Source: Eubacteriales bacterium
Lineage (GTDB): Bacteria; Bacillota; Clostridia; Oscillospirales; CAG-382
DNA: 36,681 nucleotides
NCBI GenBank assembly: GCA_045652185.1
Contig: JAZRTU010000133.1
Span: 1 to 36,681, forward strand
Direction of reading: 5' to 3'
Made by a program: the position numbers and the translations under genes. The notes beneath the pieces were generated by a model that searched no databases, had not been told where the DNA came from, and saw only the letters and a list, made by a program, of their open reading frames with translations. Within the stretch, counting starts at the first letter, position 1; each line of letters starts with the position of its first letter. This document shows, one piece after another, positions 35,251-36,681 of the stretch.

Positions 35251-35619
35251 TTATAATATGTTATTGATTGAAAAAGAAACAGATTCCTCAAATGCGATGA
35301 GGGTGGTGTAGACCTCATCGAGAATAAGGCGATATTGCGTCAAATCGTCGAGGTGCGCAGCCTCGGCTAATTTTGTGAGTGAAACTGTTAATTTATCGAC
35401 CTCGTGAACGTGCGTGGAGAGCGAGAAGAACTTGGCGTTTTTGTCCCACGTTGCGACAAGCTCGTTCGCGATCTCTGCGTTTGACAGCGATGGAGCTTCG
35501 CTCATCAAATCAAAGGTGGTGAGCATTTTGTCGATGACTTTGGATTGGTATATGGAATTTACGCCCGTAAAGATGATAAGAGCGGTTAGTATTATGAACC
35601 CGAATATCGCTTTTTTCAT
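35251..35619 (-). CDS. DUF4363-family small membrane-anchored protein
   Basis: 122 aa with an N-terminal TM helix. 4-nt overlap with the upstream DUF421 gene, its usual partner. Family name is from memory. Confidence 0.65.
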   Translation of the reverse strand: MKKAIFGFIILTALIIFTGVNSIYQSKVIDKMLTTFDLMSEAPSLSNAEIANELVATWDKNAKFFSLSTHVHEVDKLTVSLTKLAEAAHLDDLTQYRLILDEVYTTLIAFEESVSFSINNIL

Positions 35620-36296
35620 TTTCTCTCCTTGTTTTTCAAGTGTACTTTTGATTCACCCTTGTCGTTGATCGTCATATAAAGTATGTCACAAACGTCCGAC
35701 CCGCATGATTTCAATTTGCTTTTGAGCCACTCTTCGCTCTTTTGCGCTGCTTTAAGCGCCTCGGCGTTGATCTCTCCGTTTAAAATAATTGGATGCGCAA
35801 TTCCGATATCGCGTGCGTCGATTCCTTGATCGGTCGGCGTTAACGAGCGGTTTTTAGCAAAAGGAATTACACTTAGCTTTCCGCTCGGCTCGAAAATGAT
35901 ATATTGTATCTCAGAAATATCTGCATATCCTTGAGTGCGGATCTCAGAAAACAATTCTTCAACAGTAATGTGAGTAGAATCAAGATTGTCTTCGTTTATC
36001 GTGCCGCGGGACATCAAGATGATCGGCGAGCCTGTAATAAATCGTTGAATTTTTCGCGAACGAGTACAGGCGTATGACATAAGAAGCTCAAATGACGTTA
36101 GGGCAAGAGCCGGAATAACTCCGTGAAGCAGCGGAATGTCGCGGTCGGTTATCGGAATAACTGCAATGTCTGATAGCATCAATGCAATTATAAGCTCGGT
36201 TATCTGTAATTCACCAAGCTGACGTTTTCCCATAAGACGAATCAACGCCGTCAAAAGCACGTAGAAAATGAAAGTTCTGAAAAGAAGAATGACCAT
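35616..36296 (-). CDS. DUF421 (YetF/YdfS-like) membrane protein
   Basis: MVILLFRTFIFYVLLTALIRLMGKRQLGELQITELII is the typical DUF421 N-terminus. AAGGAG SD precedes ATG 36296. The longer track ORF reaching 36452 is an unsupported A/T-rich extension. Confidence 0.75.
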   Translation of the reverse strand: MVILLFRTFIFYVLLTALIRLMGKRQLGELQITELIIALMLSDIAVIPITDRDIPLLHGVIPALALTSFELLMSYACTRSRKIQRFITGSPIILMSRGTINEDNLDSTHITVEELFSEIRTQGYADISEIQYIIFEPSGKLSVIPFAKNRSLTPTDQGIDARDIGIAHPIILNGEINAEALKAAQKSEEWLKSKLKSCGSDVCDILYMTINDKGESKVHLKNKERK

Positions 36297-36437
36297 ATAA
36301 AAGCTCCTTTCGATAAACACATTTAATTCTTGCCATAAATTGGTAGATCCATTCGTTTTTTGTGCAATATGGACATTTTTGACAACGAAATTTGTAAAAA
36401 AAGACAAAAAGATAGTGAAAAAAACGAAAAAAAAGTG

Positions 36438-36466
36438 TTGACAAAGTGCCATCTATGTGGTATTAT
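36438..36466 (+). promoter_or_regulatory. rRNA operon promoter with an A-rich UP-like element
   Basis: TTGACA (36438..36443), 17-nt spacer, TATTAT (36461..36466). Upstream region 36390..36435 is mostly A-tracts. Lies about 185 nt before the 16S 5' end. Confidence 0.6.
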
Positions 36467-36648
36467 ATTAAAGCTGTCTGCGAGAGAGCAGAAAGCACAA
36501 AGGACCTTGAAAATTGAACAACAACGACAAATTTTTGTATACAAAAAGATTTGTGCGAACCAAGAAAATTCTTTAATAAGTAAAAGAGCAAAAGATAAAA
36601 CTCGATTTTATTGAAGTTTCCTTTAGGGGAAGCAGATAAGATAAAAGA

Positions 36649-36681
36649 TAAAACGAGAGTTTGATCCTGGCTCAGGATGAA
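36649..36681 (+). rRNA. rrs: 16S rRNA gene, 5' end (truncated by the window edge)
   Basis: AGAGTTTGATCCTGGCTCAG (36656..36675) is the universal 8-27F region, followed by GATGAA. The exact 5' end is estimated. Confidence 0.9.

Noticed and set aside
36532-36547. Perfect 16-bp palindrome TTTTTGTATACAAAAA in the 16S leader
   Set aside because: It is pure A/T and sits in an A/T-rich leader where such palindromes arise easily. As RNA it would form only a weak 6-bp hairpin. I have no basis to call it an operator or a processing site.
36323-36614. Three short ORFs (73-84 aa) between the DUF421 gene and the 16S gene
   Set aside because: They lie in the rRNA promoter and leader region, are A/K-rich and lack an SD, so they are not coding.
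1-36681. Scan for mobile elements, CRISPR arrays, tRNAs, toxin-antitoxin pairs or known defence genes
   Set aside because: No transposase, integrase or recombinase motifs were found, no spaced direct-repeat array and no tRNA-like cloverleaf. All large ORFs are accounted for by housekeeping or envelope functions.

Overview
Chromosomal window from a Firmicute that looks Clostridia-like, with no transposase, integrase, CRISPR array or recognisable defence gene. It ends in an rRNA promoter, leader and the first ~30 nt of a 16S rRNA gene.

Layout:
- 0.2-1.7 kb: a DUF5685 gene plus a J-domain protein with a C-terminal cysteine string.
- 1.7-14.3 kb: a D-Ala-D-Ala carboxypeptidase, then the classic Firmicute housekeeping array yicC-remA-rpoZ-priA-def-fmt-rsmB-rlmN-stp-prkC-rsgA. 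The genes gmk, coaBC, rpe and thiN are missing from their usual slots in this array.
- 14.3-23.0 kb: the accessory-looking part. A consensus promoter drives four tandem paralogous ~500-aa lipoproteins that resemble solute-binding proteins but have no permease or ATPase. They converge on a DUF4434/discoidin lipoprotein. The convergent intergenic spacer carries a dyad-symmetric array of eight TCGATAT/ATATCGA heptamers interleaved with small hairpins.
- 23.2-27.6 kb: an orphan MinD-like ATPase, a methylglyoxal-synthase-like protein with its catalytic residues replaced, then hisS and aspS, apparently one operon with no T-box.
- 27.7-33.4 kb: a five-gene ABC-2 module (GldA/GldF/GldG-like, DUF4340, lipoprotein).
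- 33.4-36.3 kb: a TPP riboswitch with thiT, a YihY/BrkB membrane protein, and a DUF4363/DUF421 pair on the minus strand.

The most interesting items are the heptamer/hairpin array, the orphan lipoprotein quartet, the MinD-like/pseudo-MGS pair, the uncharacterised ABC-2 envelope module and the cysteine-string J protein. All family assignments come from motif recognition by eye; no database search was possible.
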